64,000 nt of DNA from an uncultured bacterium. Lineage in GTDB: Bacteria > Verrucomicrobiota > Kiritimatiellia > PWTM01. Each line of letters begins with the position of its first letter. The stretch's first letter is position 1. Of this stretch, positions 30,099 to 42,405 are shown in pieces. The position numbers and the translations under genes were made by a program. A model generated the notes under the pieces. The model was given only the letters and a program-made list of their open reading frames with translations. It was not told the origin of the DNA and ran no database searches. The stretch is taken from NCBI GenBank assembly GCA_937139365.1, contig CAKZPT010000090.1:77346-141345 (forward strand). Direction: 5' to 3'.

Positions 30099-30315
30099 CG
30101 CTTAACTATAAGGCCGGGAGCCGCCTCTGCCAAAGGTCCGACCCCATGGGGCGTCGAACTGCCGTCGGATCCGTCGAAATACGGCGCGACCGCGCTCATC
30201 GCAATGGGATCAATCCGGCCCGGATCCAGGGATGCCCGGCGACGGGGGTGGGCGCGTCCCCCGACGTCCGCCCCCGCTTTTGGGCCGACTCGCCCTCGCG
30301 AAGGCGGCCTGCCAC

Positions 30316-31753
<1,438 letters not shown>

Positions 31754-31770
<17 letters not shown>

Positions 31771-32044
31771 CCTTGTGCCGGAACATTCCGAGCATCCGGT
31801 CGGTGACGAGGTACCCGCCGACCACGTTGATCATCGCCGCGACCACCGCCAGGGTCCCCAGGATCGTCACGGTCAGCCCCCCCTCCCCCTGGCCTGCGGC
31901 CACCAGCGCCCCGACGATCGTGATGCCGGAAATCGCATTGGAGCCGGACATCAGCGGCGTGTGCAGTTGCGAGGGCACCTTGGAGATCAGCTCGAACCCC
32001 AGAAACACCGCCAACACGAACACGAAAAACAACAACCCGAGCAT
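31754..32044 (-). CDS. pntA: NAD(P) transhydrogenase subunit alpha part 2 (membrane)
   Basis: 96-aa, 3-TM protein MLGLLFFVFVLAVFLGFELISKVP...TIVGALVAAGQ is typical PntAA-II. Confidence 0.85.
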
Positions 32045-32053
32045 GATCGCCTC

Positions 32054-33187
32054 CTAAAGGCCCAGGGCCTCGCGCACGGCCGGATGAACCACCCGCCCCT
32101 CGTGAACCACCAGCATGCCCTTCAGGATCTCGTCCTCCGGATCCCACCGGAACGACTTCGAAGAGCGGTCCCAGAAATGCTCGATGAAGCTGGCGAGATT
32201 GCTCGCGTACATCTGGCTGGCGGCAACCGGCACCCGGCCGGGCAGGTTGATCAGTCCCACGATGCGAACCCCGCCGATCTCCACCTCGCGGCCGGGTTCC
32301 GAACCCTCGACGTTGCCGCCGGTCTCGACCGCAAGGTCCACGATCACGCTGCCCGGTTTCATTGCCCGCACCATCTCGGCGGTGACGATCCGCGGCGCCC
32401 GCCGCCCGAACACCTGCGCGGTGGTGATGACGACATCGGCGTCGGCGCAGTGCCGCGCCATCGCCGCCCGCTGGCGGGCCAGCTGTTCCTCGGTCAGGGC
32501 CTTCGCGTACCCGTCCTTGGTCTGCCCCGTCTCGCCCAAGTCGATCTCGACGAACTTCGCGCCGAGGGACTGCACCTGCTCCTTCACCACCGGCCGGGTG
32601 TCGTAGGCCTCCACGCGGGCGCCAAGCCGGCGGGCGGTGGCGATCGCCTGCAGCCCGGCCACGCCCGCGCCGATCACGAACACCCGCGCCGGCGTGATCG
32701 TGCCGGCAGGCGTCATCATCATCGGCAAAATTTTCGGCAGGCGCTCCGCCGCCAGCAGAACGGCCACGTATCCGGCCAGGTTGGCCTGCGAGCTGAGGGC
32801 GTCCATTTTCTGGGCGATCGTCGTGCGGGGCAGCAGCTCCACCGAAAGGGCCGTCGCGCCGGCCCTCGCGAAGGCCTCGATGACGGCGCGATTGGTGAAC
32901 GGCTCAAGATACCCGACGTGCCGCGAACCCGGCCGGCCGGCCGCCGCCTCCTCCGGCGAGGGCGGGCGAAGCCGAAGGACCCAGTCCGCGCCGGCCAGCC
33001 CCTCAGCGCGACCGACGACCCGCGCGCCCTTCGCCGCGTAGTCGGCATCCGCCTGATGGATGCCTTCCCCCATGCCCGCTTCGATCCACACCTCGACGCC
33101 TAGCTTGATGAGTTTCTCGGCCGAGGCCGGTGTCATGGACACACGGCGTTCGCCCGGATGCGATTCGCGGGCGGCAAAGACCTTCAT
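32054..33187 (-). CDS. pntA: NAD(P) transhydrogenase subunit alpha part 1 (NAD(H)-binding)
   Basis: Alanine-dehydrogenase/PNT fold with the VFVIGAGVAGLQAIATARRLGA Rossmann motif. It probably starts at MKVFAARESHPGERR. Confidence 0.85.
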   Translation of the reverse strand: MKVFAARESHPGERRVSMTPASAEKLIKLGVEVWIEAGMGEGIHQADADYAAKGARVVGRAEGLAGADWVLRLRPPSPEEAAAGRPGSRHVGYLEPFTNRAVIEAFARAGATALSVELLPRTTIAQKMDALSSQANLAGYVAVLLAAERLPKILPMMMTPAGTITPARVFVIGAGVAGLQAIATARRLGARVEAYDTRPVVKEQVQSLGAKFVEIDLGETGQTKDGYAKALTEEQLARQRAAMARHCADADVVITTAQVFGRRAPRIVTAEMVRAMKPGSVIVDLAVETGGNVEGSEPGREVEIGGVRIVGLINLPGRVPVAASQMYASNLASFIEHFWDRSSKSFRWDPEDEILKGMLVVHEGRVVHPAVREALGL

Positions 33188-33356
33188 GGGACCCCCGACG
33201 CACCGGACGGGCCCACCGCGGGCCCGCCGGAGAACCAGTGAATCTACGCGCCCGCACCGCTGTGTCAAACCACTTTGCGCCAGCCCGCGGACGGGAGCGG
33301 CGGCTCCCCTCAGGCATCCCCTCCCGGCGCTCCTTCCTCCACCACTCGGGCGTTCA

Positions 33357-34571
33357 TCAGCCGGGCAAGACGGCGCAGGCTGTCCAGATGACGCCGTAGA
33401 AGACGACGCGGTGGAGAAGGGTCATGGCGTCCTCCGTGTCCAGGACCACCGACCACGTCGCGGTCATGGCCGCGGCGTCGCGCACCTCGGTCACGATCTG
33501 GGTCCGGCAGCCGCGGACCGACCTCGACGGCACGTGGACGATCCGAGCCGTGGAGGCGAGGAAGGCATTGAGGTTGACAAATTTCGCGCTCGTGATCGTC
33601 TGCCCGACACGGCAGAGGACTTCGGCCATGCAACCGCTGCCCCCCACCTCGGAATGGCCGCGGAGCAGGTAGGGCGCGGGTTCGCCGGCATGGCCGTCCA
33701 TGCGAAGCGGCGCAGTGCAGTGGGCCGCCCACAGCGCGTTGCGCGAGGTATCGAGCGTCGCGTTGCCCTGAATGCCCGGCAGGCCAAACGCATACTCGAA
33801 CATCGGCATTGTGAGCAGCAAGTCCATGTCGCCCTCGCAGGCCGCGGGGATGCCTGCGTCGCGGAGGCGAGCGAGACCGAGGCAAGGGAACCCCCAGGAC
33901 ATCGATCCCATGCAGGTGCCGACGGTCAGCCCCCGCGCCCGTTCGCGCTGCATCAGCTCCTGCAGGGCCACGCTGATTCGCGCGGCGCGCGGGACGTCAT
34001 CGGCCGTGGGACCGGCGACTTCCTGCGCCCCCTCGGTCCGCCGCCGCGCCTCCTCGACCACCGCCGCCGTCTCGGCCGCGGCGATGAGGTCTTCGAAGGC
34101 CGCCTCGGCCACGACCTCGCAACCCAGCCGTTCGCGAACCAACTCGGGCGATCGGGCGGAGTTCGTGCCCCTCGCGGACGGAAACAGCAGGAGGCGGCTT
34201 CGGCGCATCAGCGGGCCGACGCGCAGCAGCCGCACCGCACGTTCCGGCTCGTCCGGATCGCCGGTCGGGAACAGGGTTACGGGATATCCCCTCCTCTGCC
34301 AGCGATGGGCATACATCCAGTCGTATCCGCTCGCCGGCAGCGAGAAGACCACCATCGGGCGGTGGCCGTCGGGGATGGGCTGGACGCTCCGGGTCAGTGC
34401 GAAACAATGAAGGTTGACGGTCAAGACCGGTGTCCCGGGACCGGCCCTCGCCAGCAACGCGGCCACCTGTGCGGCGTCGTTCGCCTCCCCTAACATCAGC
34501 TCGACGTTGCCCAAGTCCCGCTCGACGCGCGCCAGCCGAGCCTTGATCGCATCCAGTTGGCTGGCGCCCAC
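33357..34571 (-). CDS. Hypothetical protein. It resembles the L-fucose/L-arabinose isomerase C-terminal fold only weakly. It may be Tat-exported if joined to an upstream out-of-frame ORF.
   Basis: 404 aa, with GC3-biased coding and a GTG start. There is a separate ORF at about 34496-34753 (minus strand) with a perfect AAGGAGG Shine-Dalgarno and a twin-arginine signal MCEGCTRREFLAAAAASADGGLVGAAAKTAVG. It runs into this gene in a different frame, which suggests a -1 indel. Confidence 0.45.
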   Translation of the reverse strand: MGASQLDAIKARLARVERDLGNVELMLGEANDAAQVAALLARAGPGTPVLTVNLHCFALTRSVQPIPDGHRPMVVFSLPASGYDWMYAHRWQRRGYPVTLFPTGDPDEPERAVRLLRVGPLMRRSRLLLFPSARGTNSARSPELVRERLGCEVVAEAAFEDLIAAAETAAVVEEARRRTEGAQEVAGPTADDVPRAARISVALQELMQRERARGLTVGTCMGSMSWGFPCLGLARLRDAGIPAACEGDMDLLLTMPMFEYAFGLPGIQGNATLDTSRNALWAAHCTAPLRMDGHAGEPAPYLLRGHSEVGGSGCMAEVLCRVGQTITSAKFVNLNAFLASTARIVHVPSRSVRGCRTQIVTEVRDAAAMTATWSVVLDTEDAMTLLHRVVFYGVIWTACAVLPG

Positions 34572-34942
34572 GCAACACTCCCGGTCCTACGGTCCGGGTG
34601 AGCCCGTAGACACGACACAAATCCGGATCTTGGTTCCCGAATCCCCCCGAGCGGTCCGACGGCCGTCTTTGCCGCCGCCCCAACGAGACCGCCGTCGGCC
34701 GACGCGGCCGCCGCTGCCAAGAACTCCCTGCGCGTGCAACCCTCGCACATGACTGTCCGCCTCCTTTCGGCCTCAGGGCGCATCACGCTCCATGCCCGTC
34801 GCCCCTATAGGACCGGATAGAAAAAAGGAGTCAACACAATTCGATTGGGGAGACGTCGCCTGACCGTGGTGCACAGCGTTCGGCCCGTCGAACCCCACCG
34901 TTGCCCGCCGACAGGCAGCGCCCCGGCGGGTGCGATGCCGGA

Positions 34943-35821
34943 TCACGGACGCCGGCCTGCAGCGTAACGGTCCCGGCCGGTGACGTCGCGTTCGATACGA
35001 ACATCGGCGAACCCCGCGGCGGCCAACAGCCGGGCGACTTCGGCACCATGACCTTCACCGATTTCCATCCAGACCGCGCCACCCTGCCGAAGAACGGACA
35101 ACGCCGCCGGGATGAGGTCCCGGATGACCGACAAGCCGTCCGGTCCGCCGTCGAGGGCTTCGCGCGGTTCCCAACCGCGTACGGACGTCGCCAGCCAGCC
35201 CCATTCGTGCGACGCCACATAAGGAGGGTTGGACATCACAAGGTCCGCGGACTCTGGCGCCGCTGTCCCGGTCAGGCTGCCTCGCTCCAGCCAAATCCGG
35301 TCCGACAAGCCCAACCGACGCAGGTTGGCGCCAGCCACCTCCAGGGCGTCCGGCGAAGTATCGGTGGCCCGAACGGCGGCCGCCGGCCGCGCCCATGCGA
35401 CGGCGGCGGCGATGCACCCGCTGCCTGTCCCCACGTCCAGCACCGAAACCGGCCGGTCGGTGGGCAGATCCTCTAATGCCAGTTCGACGAGACCCTCGGT
35501 CTCGGGTCGCGGGATGAGCACCCGCCGGTCCACGGCGATCCGCAGACCATGGAACGGCGCCCAGCCCACGACATAGGCCAACGGCTCGCCGCCGGCCAGC
35601 CGTTCGGCCATCGCCTCGAGGCGCGCCGCGGCCGGCTGGCTCAGCGGTCCGCCGAGGCCGGCGCGGAGTGCGGCCCGGCCGATGCCCGCGGCCTCGGCGA
35701 CCGCCCACTCCGCCACAGCGCGGGGTTCGTCGCAGCCGGCAAGCCGCCTCTCCAGCCAGTCCACCGCCTCCAACAGGGCCGACGTCCGGGCCGGCCGCCG
35801 CCCTTCCGCCCCGGTCGTCAC
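34943..35821 (-). CDS. prmC: Release factor glutamine N5-methyltransferase
   Basis: [12 protein letters not shown] and the NPPY motif in VMSNPPYVA. It follows prfA with a 4-nt overlap. Confidence 0.85.
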   Translation of the reverse strand: MTTGAEGRRPARTSALLEAVDWLERRLAGCDEPRAVAEWAVAEAAGIGRAALRAGLGGPLSQPAAARLEAMAERLAGGEPLAYVVGWAPFHGLRIAVDRRVLIPRPETEGLVELALEDLPTDRPVSVLDVGTGSGCIAAAVAWARPAAAVRATDTSPDALEVAGANLRRLGLSDRIWLERGSLTGTAAPESADLVMSNPPYVASHEWGWLATSVRGWEPREALDGGPDGLSVIRDLIPAALSVLRQGGAVWMEIGEGHGAEVARLLAAAGFADVRIERDVTGRDRYAAGRRP

Positions 35822-36906
35822 CGCTCCGCCATCTCCTCGAGGTGCCGCCGCAGCCGCTCCGCGCGGTCGCCGGCGCGCAGCGCGCCGATCAGTTCGTCGA
35901 GGTCGCCGTCCAAAACCTCCGCCAGACGGTGAAGGGTCAGGTTGATGCGGTGGTCGGTCACGCGATTCTGAGGAAAGTTATAAGTGCGGATCCGTTCGCT
36001 GCGGTCGCCGGTGCCGATCTGGGAGCGGCGGGTGTCTGACCGTTCCGCCGCCTGCCGGCGTCGGCGCAAATCGAGCAGCCGCGCCTTCAGCACGCGCAGG
36101 GCCTTCTCCTTGTTGCGGGCCTGCGACCGCTCGTCCTGGCATTGTACGACCAGCCCGCTCGGCAGATGAATGAGGCGGACGGCGGACTCCGTCTTGTTGA
36201 CCTTCTGCCCGCCGGCGCCGGAGGCTCGGAACAGGTCCATGCGCAGCTCGTCCGGGCGGATCTCAATGTGATCCATCTCCTCGGCCTCGGCCAGGACAGC
36301 GACGGTGGCGGCGGAGGTGTGAATGCGTCCGGACTGCTCGGTCACCGGCACGCGCTGGACGCGATGGACTCCGCTCTCGTAGCGGAGGAGGCCGTGCGCA
36401 CCGTCGCCCTCGATGGTGGAGACGATCTCCTTGTAGCCGCCGAGGTCGGAGGGGCTGACGTCCACCACGCCGATGCGCCAGCCGCGGCGGTCGGCGTAGC
36501 GGCTGTACATCCGGAACAGGTCGGCCGCGAAGAGGGCCGCCTCCTCGCCGCCGGTTCCGGCGCGGATCTCCATCACGACGTTGCGCGCGTCGTCGGGATC
36601 GGCCGGCAGCATTGCCTCCTCGACGGCCCGTTCGGCGTCGGCGATCGCGGCGTCCAGCCGCGCGGCGTCGGCGCGGGCCAGCTCGCACAACTGCTCGTCG
36701 GGATCCTCGAGCATGGCGGCCAGGGCCGCCCGCTCCGCCTTCAAGCGCTCCCACCGCTCGATCCGGTCGCAGAGGTCGCGAAGGCGGGTGTGCTCGGCGA
36801 CGAGTTCACGGCAACGGGGGCCCGCAGCGGCGCCAGGCCGGTTGAGGGCGGACTCCACGGCGGCCAGTTGCCGCCGCACCGACTCGACGTGGTGCGCCTC
36901 GATCAT
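35818..36906 (-). CDS. prfA: Peptide chain release factor 1
   Basis: GGQ motif in [19 protein letters not shown]. PxT-region and RF1 domain order. Confidence 0.9.
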   Translation of the reverse strand: MIEAHHVESVRRQLAAVESALNRPGAAAGPRCRELVAEHTRLRDLCDRIERWERLKAERAALAAMLEDPDEQLCELARADAARLDAAIADAERAVEEAMLPADPDDARNVVMEIRAGTGGEEAALFAADLFRMYSRYADRRGWRIGVVDVSPSDLGGYKEIVSTIEGDGAHGLLRYESGVHRVQRVPVTEQSGRIHTSAATVAVLAEAEEMDHIEIRPDELRMDLFRASGAGGQKVNKTESAVRLIHLPSGLVVQCQDERSQARNKEKALRVLKARLLDLRRRRQAAERSDTRRSQIGTGDRSERIRTYNFPQNRVTDHRINLTLHRLAEVLDGDLDELIGALRAGDRAERLRRHLEEMAER

Positions 36907-36972
36907 GCCTTCAAACGCGCGGGCCGGAGGGCCCGCCTTCGCAAGCCCGCCGGCCCCGTGCCTCGCCGCCGG

Positions 36973-37182
36973 CTATCTGCTCTTCGCGGCGCCGTACCGC
37001 TTGCGGAACCGATCCACCCGGCCCTCGGTGTCGATCAGCTTCGCCTGGCCGGAAAAGAACGGGTGACAGCGGGCGCACGTGTTCACGTGCATCTCGCGGA
37101 CCGTCGAGCGCGTATGGATCTGGTTTCCACAGGCGCAGGTGATTGTCGCCGGCCCGTAGTCGGGATGGATGTCTTTCTTCAT
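36973..37182 (-). CDS. rpmE: 50S ribosomal protein L31
   Basis: MKKDIHPDY...CACGN...C.RCHPFF is the L31 zinc-ribbon signature, about 69 aa. Confidence 0.85.
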   Translation of the reverse strand: MKKDIHPDYGPATITCACGNQIHTRSTVREMHVNTCARCHPFFSGQAKLIDTEGRVDRFRKRYGAAKSR

Positions 37183-37857
37183 GGTCGCTCCGGGTCGCTT
37201 CGAACGGATCAGTGTAGGACCGCGCCCCGGCCGGGGCAAGCCTGACCCGCAGGGGCAGTGGGGGCTCGGCCGAGGCGTCCCTGCGCCTTACGGCGCCGGG
37301 GCGGCGACCTCGAAATCCCAAGCCTGCCGACTCCCCGACGCGCCGCGGAGCTCGATGGATTGGATTCCGATACCGCACACGTTCCGCCCGGGCAGGATAC
37401 GCAGGTGGATCAGTCGTCCCCGCACGGGCAGATGGACCTTCACGCCGTGCCACTCCGGCCCGGCCGGCCATTGGAACTGCGCGACGTTTGGCAGGTACGA
37501 AATTGGTCTCATGTTTTGTGCGCCACGCGATCGGTGCCGTATCCCCTCTGCGGCGGCCCGAAGACGCATCGCCACCGTGACCGGTCCCGACACGTTCAGC
37601 GCGGCACAGGCTAGTGGGCATCGGGCGCGTCCGCGCGCGGCTCGGCAACCGCCATCCGTCGCCTCCGTCCGGCGCCGGAGAGCAGGCGACCGACCAGCGC
37701 CTTTCCCGCGGGTTCCTCCGCGGCGGAGGCCGCCATCCGCTCCGGCGTGGCCTGCGACAGCACGACGCACTCGGCCAGCCGGACGTCCAGGCGATCGTCC
37801 GCAAGGCGGTCCGGCGCCCCCACCCCGCCGCCGACGCGGTTTGCGCCGCGGGCGAAC

Positions 37858-38568
37858 TCATCTGCGCCGCGCGGTCCAGAGGTCCATCGCTCCGAAAAAG
37901 AATCCGCGGCGGCGCACGTCCTCGAACCCCACCTCGAACAGCATGCGCGCGAAGACAGAGCGGGGAGGCACGTGGCGGAGCGTGGCGGGAATCCATCGGT
38001 GCGCGCCGGGCGGACCGCCGAAGAGGCGGCTGGCGGCGGCGGTCCACATTTCGAGCAGCCCGATCAGAGTTCGGCGGGCCAAAAAGGCATCCGGCGAGGC
38101 AAAATCCAAGAACGCGGCCGCACCGCCGGGGCGCAAGAGGCGCGCGGCCTCGGCAAGGCCGGCCTCGAGGCGGTCGGCCAGGCGCAGCGCGTACGCGCCG
38201 GTGACGATGTCCGCGAACGCGTCGGGCAGGCCGGTGGCGGCGAGGTCGGCCCGGCGCCACTCGATCCGCCCCGTCGTGTCGCGCCGGCGCGCGATGCCGA
38301 GCATCGGTCCGCTCAAGTCCACGCCGACGACGCGGCCGGCGGGAAACCTTCGCGCCAGCCGCAATGCGACGTCACCGGTGCCGCAGGCCAGGTCCACGCA
38401 CAGGGGACGGTCTGCGGCGGGCAGGGTGCGAACCATGGCGTCCTTCCATGCGCCGTCGCGGCCGAAGGAGAGGAGCCGGTTGATCCGGTCGTAGTCAGGG
38501 GCGAGCGCATCGAAAATCTGACGGTTGGCGGCGCGCCGCCCTACGGGATCGGCGGCCAGTTCGTGCAT
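37858..38568 (-). CDS. ubiE: Ubiquinone/menaquinone biosynthesis C-methyltransferase UbiE/MenG family
   Basis: FDALAPDYDRINRLLSFGRDGAWK is the hallmark UbiE N-terminal motif. SAM motif I is VDLACGTGD. It starts at MHELAA; the track ORF is extended upstream. Confidence 0.75.
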   Translation of the reverse strand: MHELAADPVGRRAANRQIFDALAPDYDRINRLLSFGRDGAWKDAMVRTLPAADRPLCVDLACGTGDVALRLARRFPAGRVVGVDLSGPMLGIARRRDTTGRIEWRRADLAATGLPDAFADIVTGAYALRLADRLEAGLAEAARLLRPGGAAAFLDFASPDAFLARRTLIGLLEMWTAAASRLFGGPPGAHRWIPATLRHVPPRSVFARMLFEVGFEDVRRRGFFFGAMDLWTARRR

Positions 38569-38591
38569 CGCCCGTCCGCGAGGCACAGTCG

Positions 38592-39797
38592 TCACAGGTC
38601 GAGGGCCGCGGCCGCCACGATCTCCAGCGCTCGGGCGACGTCGCGTTCGGAGACGATCAGCGGAGGCAGGAAGCGGACGACCCTGTCCGCGGTCGACAGC
38701 GCCAGCAGGCCGAGTTCCCGAAGCCGCGTCTCGAAGGGCTTCGAGGGCCGGTCCAGGACCAGCCCCACCATCAACCCCATGCCTCGCACCTCGACGAACG
38801 CCGGCACGCTCTTCTGCAGGTGGCGCAGGCCGTCCATCAGCTGCGCCCCGCGGACGGCGGCGTTGTCGAGCAGCCGATCGCGTTCGATCGTTTCGAGGAC
38901 GGCGCGGGCAGCGGCGCAGGCCAGCGGGGTGCCGCCAAAGGTGGAGGCGTGCTGTCCGGGTTGGAAGACCTCCGCGAGGCCGGGGGCGACGACGATGGCG
39001 CCGATCGGAAATCCGCCGCCGAGGCCCTTGGCGAGCGAAAAGGCGTCCGGCTCGATCCCGTAGTGCTGCCAGCCGAACCACCTGCCGGTCCGGCCCATCC
39101 CGCACTGGACCTCGTCCATCAGCAGGAGCACGCCGGTCTCGGTGCACAGGCGCCGCAGGCCCGCCAGAAACCCCGAGGAGGCGGGCACAACGCCTCCCTC
39201 GCCCTGCACCGCCTCGACCAGGACGGCCGCGGTGCGGTCGGTGATGGCGGAGCGGACGGAGTCGAGGTCGTTGAATTCGGCATAGTCGAACCCGTCGGGC
39301 AGCGGCTCGAACCCGCGCTGGACCTTGGCCTGGCCGGTGGCGGTGAGGGTGGCCAGCGTGCGGCCGTGGAAGGAGTTGCGCATCGTGACGATGCGCCACC
39401 GGCCGCCGCTCTTCGAGCCCCAAAGCCGCGCCAGCTTGATCAGCGCCTCGTTGGCCTCGGCGCCGGAGTTGCAGAAGAAACAGGCGCCCCCCATCGAGCG
39501 CCCGGCAAGCTCTCGGGCCAGTTCGCCTTGGTGCTCGTTGTAGTAGAGGTTGGAGCAGTGAATCAGCCGGCCGGCCTGCTGCTGGATGGCCCGCACGAGG
39601 GCGGGGTGGGCATGGCCCAGGACGGACACGGCGATGCCCGCCAGAAAATCGAGGTACTCGCGCCCTTCGGCATCCCAGACCAAGGCCCCCTCGCCCCTCA
39701 CCAGCGCGATGGAGGGCGGCGCGTACGTGGGCAGGACGTACCGGCGGTACAGTTCGGCGATCCGGTCGGTGGCTCGTTGCAAGGGTGGTTCCTTCAT
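38592..39797 (-). CDS. argD: Acetylornithine aminotransferase (class III PLP aminotransferase)
   Basis: LDFLAGIAVSVLGHAHP...SGAEANE...LLLMDEVQCGMGRTG...SLAKGLGGG. The position next to argB/argJ supports the call. Confidence 0.85.
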   Translation of the reverse strand: MKEPPLQRATDRIAELYRRYVLPTYAPPSIALVRGEGALVWDAEGREYLDFLAGIAVSVLGHAHPALVRAIQQQAGRLIHCSNLYYNEHQGELARELAGRSMGGACFFCNSGAEANEALIKLARLWGSKSGGRWRIVTMRNSFHGRTLATLTATGQAKVQRGFEPLPDGFDYAEFNDLDSVRSAITDRTAAVLVEAVQGEGGVVPASSGFLAGLRRLCTETGVLLLMDEVQCGMGRTGRWFGWQHYGIEPDAFSLAKGLGGGFPIGAIVVAPGLAEVFQPGQHASTFGGTPLACAAARAVLETIERDRLLDNAAVRGAQLMDGLRHLQKSVPAFVEVRGMGLMVGLVLDRPSKPFETRLRELGLLALSTADRVVRFLPPLIVSERDVARALEIVAAAALDL

Positions 39798-39816
39798 CGG
39801 GATCCGCCCCGTCCGC

Positions 39817-40692
39817 TTACTCGCGGACGATTTCCGTGCCCACTCCGCGGTCCGTGAACAGCTCCAACAACAGCGAGTGCGGCAGAAACGAGTCGATGAT
39901 GTGGCTCTTAGCCACGCCGGCCCGGACCGCGTCCACCGCCCCGCCGATCTTCGGGAGCATGCCGCCCGAGATCACGCCGCGCTCGATCAACCGGTCGACC
40001 TCGGACACACGCACGCTGGAGATGATGCTGTTGGGGTTGGAAGGATCCGCCAGCAGCCCGGGCACGTCGGAGAGAAACACGAGTTTGCGCGCCTGGAGCG
40101 CACGGCCGATGGCGGAGGCGGCCTCGTCGGCGTTGACGTTGAAGACGGCCCGCTCCGGGCCCCGGCCGAGGGGCGTGACGACGGGAACGATGCCGACGGC
40201 CAGGTAGGCGCGGATCGGCACGACATCCACCTCGACGACCTCGCCGACGTAGCCCCAGGACACCGTCTCGCCAGTCTTCGGATCCGTGCCGGTCTTCGGA
40301 CGCACCCGGAGGATGTCCTCGCCGTGGATCCCTCGGGCGGTGCAGTCGAAGCCGCGCAGCAGTTCGACCATATGGGGGTTGATCTCCTGGTTGAGGGTCC
40401 GCTCGACGATCTCCATCGTCGCCGCATCGGTGACCCGCAGTCCAAGCCGGAACTCCGGCGTCAGGCCCGCGGCCTTCATCCGTTGCGAGATCGCCTTGCC
40501 GCCGCCGTGGACCAGCACGGGTCGCAACCCGACCACCGCCATGAACGCCACGTCCTGCAAAATCGCGCGCACACCGTCCTCGTGGTCCATGATGCTGCCG
40601 CCGAACTTCACGACGACGGTTTCGCCGCGGAACTTTTGAAGGTAGGGCAGCGCCTCGATGAGCACGGCGGCCTTTTCAATCAGCAGTTGCAT
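39817..40692 (-). CDS. argB: Acetylglutamate kinase
   Basis: VVKFGGS...LVHGGG...VNADEAA are amino-acid-kinase family motifs with ArgB spacing. Confidence 0.9.
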   Translation of the reverse strand: MQLLIEKAAVLIEALPYLQKFRGETVVVKFGGSIMDHEDGVRAILQDVAFMAVVGLRPVLVHGGGKAISQRMKAAGLTPEFRLGLRVTDAATMEIVERTLNQEINPHMVELLRGFDCTARGIHGEDILRVRPKTGTDPKTGETVSWGYVGEVVEVDVVPIRAYLAVGIVPVVTPLGRGPERAVFNVNADEAASAIGRALQARKLVFLSDVPGLLADPSNPNSIISSVRVSEVDRLIERGVISGGMLPKIGGAVDAVRAGVAKSHIIDSFLPHSLLLELFTDRGVGTEIVRE

Positions 40693-40704
40693 CCCGGTCC
40701 GCGC

Positions 40705-41910
40705 CTACATGTTGATCCGGACGTACTCCTCGGTGCAGTTGCAGGTCAGCACCTCGGCCCGCCCGCGTCCGAGACCGAGGTCGATGTCCACGGTGAACTC
40801 GGGCCGGCCGACGACGCGCTGCAGCGCCTCGCGCGTAGCAGGGCCGGGCGCCCCGCGGACGACGGCGCGCAGGTCGTCGAACCATATGCTCACCCGCTCC
40901 TCCACGACGCGGGCGGACGAGTAGCCGAGGGCGTCCACGACGCGGCCCCAGTTGGCGTTGGGGCCGGCCCAAGCGGTCTTGACCAGCAGCGAATTGGCGA
41001 CGCTGCGGGCTGCGAGATCGGCCTCGCGATCCGACCGGGCGCCGCGCACGCGGATGGTGATCAGTTTCGTGGCCCCCTCGCCGTCGCGCACGATCATCCG
41101 CGCCAGCTCGCAGGCGGTCTCGAAGAAGGCGGCCTCGAAGGCGGCCCAGCCGGGCCGGCCGGGGGCCAGCATGACGCCCGACGCGCCGTTGGCCAGGACC
41201 AGGGCGGTGTCGTTCGTGCTGCGATCGCCGTCCACGGTGATGCGGTTGAAGCTGCGGTCGGCGGCAGCCTTCAAAAGGCGTTGAAGCGCGGGACGCGGTA
41301 CGTCAGCGTCGGTGAGAAAGAAGGCGAGCATCGTCGCCATGTTCGGCTCGATCATTCCCGCCCCCTTGCAAAATCCGGTCAGCCGGACGAGCCGGTCCCG
41401 CACCCGAAAGGCGACGGACCACCGTTTCGGCCGGGTGTCGGTGGTGAGGATCGCCTCCGAGACCGCCGGACCGCCGTCGGGCGAGAGGGCGGCCACCAGC
41501 GCCAGAAGGCCGGCCTCGACCCGATCCATCGGCAGGGGGACACCGATGGTGCCGGTGGAGCAGACCAGCACGCGGCGCGGGGCCACGCCGAGGAGCCGGC
41601 CCGCGCACTCAGCCGTGCGCCGTGCGTCGCGGAGGCCCCGCAGTCCCGTACAAGCGTTGGCGCAGCCGCTGTTGACCACGATGGCGCTGGCCACGCCGCC
41701 TCGGAGGTGCTCGATGTCCAGCTTGACGGGCGCGGCGCGCACCTGGTTGGTGGTGAACACGCCGGCGGCCGTCGCGGGGGGGGCCGTGACGATGAGGGCC
41801 ATGTCGCGCCCGCCGGTCCGTTTGATGCCGGCCGCCACACCGGCTGCCCGGAATCCCTGCGGTAATCGGGCGCTTTCCTCGCCCATCCAAGATTTGCCGC
41901 GTGCGGGCAT
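40705..41910 (-). CDS. argJ: Bifunctional ornithine acetyltransferase / N-acetylglutamate synthase
   Basis: FRAAGVAAGIK...ATMLAFFLTDA (the autocatalytic Thr is in ATML)...TKLITIRV. It starts at MPARGKSW; the track ORF is extended upstream. Confidence 0.85.
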   Translation of the reverse strand: MPARGKSWMGEESARLPQGFRAAGVAAGIKRTGGRDMALIVTAPPATAAGVFTTNQVRAAPVKLDIEHLRGGVASAIVVNSGCANACTGLRGLRDARRTAECAGRLLGVAPRRVLVCSTGTIGVPLPMDRVEAGLLALVAALSPDGGPAVSEAILTTDTRPKRWSVAFRVRDRLVRLTGFCKGAGMIEPNMATMLAFFLTDADVPRPALQRLLKAAADRSFNRITVDGDRSTNDTALVLANGASGVMLAPGRPGWAAFEAAFFETACELARMIVRDGEGATKLITIRVRGARSDREADLAARSVANSLLVKTAWAGPNANWGRVVDALGYSSARVVEERVSIWFDDLRAVVRGAPGPATREALQRVVGRPEFTVDIDLGLGRGRAEVLTCNCTEEYVRINM

Positions 41911-41993
41911 CGTCCCCCGCCTCCCACCTCTGACGGCGATCCCACCCCCTCCATGGGGGAGGTTCGTGGGCGGCCGCCGCTCGGGTTCCCGGA

Positions 41994-42386
41994 TCAACGC
42001 TTCGAGAACTGGAACCGCTTGCGCGCCCCTGGCCGGCCCGCCTTCTTGCGCTCGCGCATACGCGGGTCGCGGGTCAGGCAACCGGCACTCTTGAGGGTCG
42101 GCCGCAGCGCCGGATCGCTAGCCGCCAGCGCCCGCGAAATCGCATGCCGCAGCGCGCCGGCCTGGCCGGAGAATCCCCCGCCGTGCAAGGTCGCCTCGAC
42201 GTCGACCTTGCCGAGCATGCCGGTGAGCACCAGCGGCTGCTCGACATAGGACTGCAGGGCCACCACCCGAAAGTACTGGTCGAACGGCCGCCCGTTGATC
42301 ACCCAGCGGCCATCGCCGGGCAACAGTCGGACCCGGGCCACCGCATTCTTGCGGCGGCCGGTGGCAGCAACGACGTTGGTGGACAC
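41994..42386 (-). CDS. rpsI: 30S ribosomal protein S9
   Basis: [14 protein letters not shown]...[19 protein letters not shown]...[17 protein letters not shown] is a canonical S9. The start is probably a GTG near 42386. Confidence 0.85.
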   Translation of the reverse strand: MSTNVVAATGRRKNAVARVRLLPGDGRWVINGRPFDQYFRVVALQSYVEQPLVLTGMLGKVDVEATLHGGGFSGQAGALRHAISRALAASDPALRPTLKSAGCLTRDPRMRERKKAGRPGARKRFQFSKR

Positions 42387-42405
42387 GGCGAACCTCCTCA
42401 GGGTG

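Noticed and set aside
37220-37260. GGTCAGG motif (minus strand) as a possible SRP (4.5S) RNA domain IV
   Set aside because: The adjoining GGAAGGAAGCAGC consensus and helix-8 pairing are absent.
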